A stretch of DNA of 63,929 nucleotides, counting the filler, from Circinaria calcarea (Eukaryota), in assembly GCA_051942165.1 (NCBI GenBank). It is 3 parts of 3 records of this genome, joined end to end, with 100 filler letters (N's around TTAATTAATTAA, not from the genome) between each part and the next. Parts side by side here need not be neighbours in the genome. Positions count along the whole stretch, not along the records: positions 43,163 to 63,929 come from JAVECS010000162.1; 2 more parts are not named here. One strand, written 5' to 3'. Shown piece after piece: positions 63,575-63,929 of the stretch (within the stretch, counting starts at the first letter, position 1; every line of letters starts with the position of its first letter). Made by a program: the position numbers and the translations under genes. The notes beneath the pieces were generated by a model that saw only the letters and a program-made list of their open reading frames with translations, was not told the DNA's origin and did not search any database.

Positions 63575-63929
63575 GCAGGAGGAACAAACGGCAGTTGGGG
63601 CTCGGGGGCGTTCCCTGTCTCCGTTTGGTGGCATCTTATCTTGATTGTGAGGACCTAGGATTTTTTTTTTTTGGATTGGACCACGGCCCGTCCTGCCACA
63701 TTTCCTCTTTCCATGTTTCACACGGATAAAAGAAGCATACGCACATACCAACGCGTTCAGAAGTCTAATCAATTGCTCTTGAGTTCTAATACTTGTCCTT
63801 GAGACTAATACCCCACCTCCCAAGTCTAATAATTAGCCTGTAACGTTTATCAGTAGAGACAGTTTCCTATCCTTTCCCACTCCATTTCATTCCATTCCCC
63901 CAGCGGCTACTATTAACAAGGAAACCAAC

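Noticed and set aside
1..63929. CRISPR arrays, rRNA genes, secondary-metabolite cluster, bacterial HGT
   Set aside because: None seen. There is no repeat-spacer array or PKS/NRPS, and all recognisable genes are typical eukaryotic genes.

Overview
Filamentous ascomycete (Pezizomycotina) nuclear DNA with short GT-AG introns and CTRAY branch points. The window is three contigs joined by artificial 100-bp N44-TTAATTAATTAA-N44 spacers (21502-21601 and 43063-43162), so adjacency across those points is not established. Most of it is conserved, intron-containing housekeeping genes: GID4/VID24, mago nashi, SEC26, a sphingoid base kinase, RRP1, dim-5/clr4, a DUF1917 gene, RPN12, a CCCH zinc-finger gene, HOP2, a Sel1-repeat chitin synthase regulator, CHL1, RPL28, CDC7, YCS4, MAK3, CUL4, NUP192 and TEL1. 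Accessory material includes a HET-domain pseudogene, a RIP-like AT-rich island at the 5' end of dim-5, a ~7 kb gene-poor decayed region holding a Cys-rich micro-ORF, a partial kinase, and two copies of a ~110-bp LTR-like element, one with a perfect 5-bp TSD. I found no clearly novel multi-gene system. The best leads are regulatory or structural: the AT island at the H3K9 methyltransferase gene, recurrent orientation-independent C-to-G skew flips, and splicing switches in CHL1, HOP2 and the Sel1 gene. All gene models were spliced by eye and identities come from motif recognition, not database searches.
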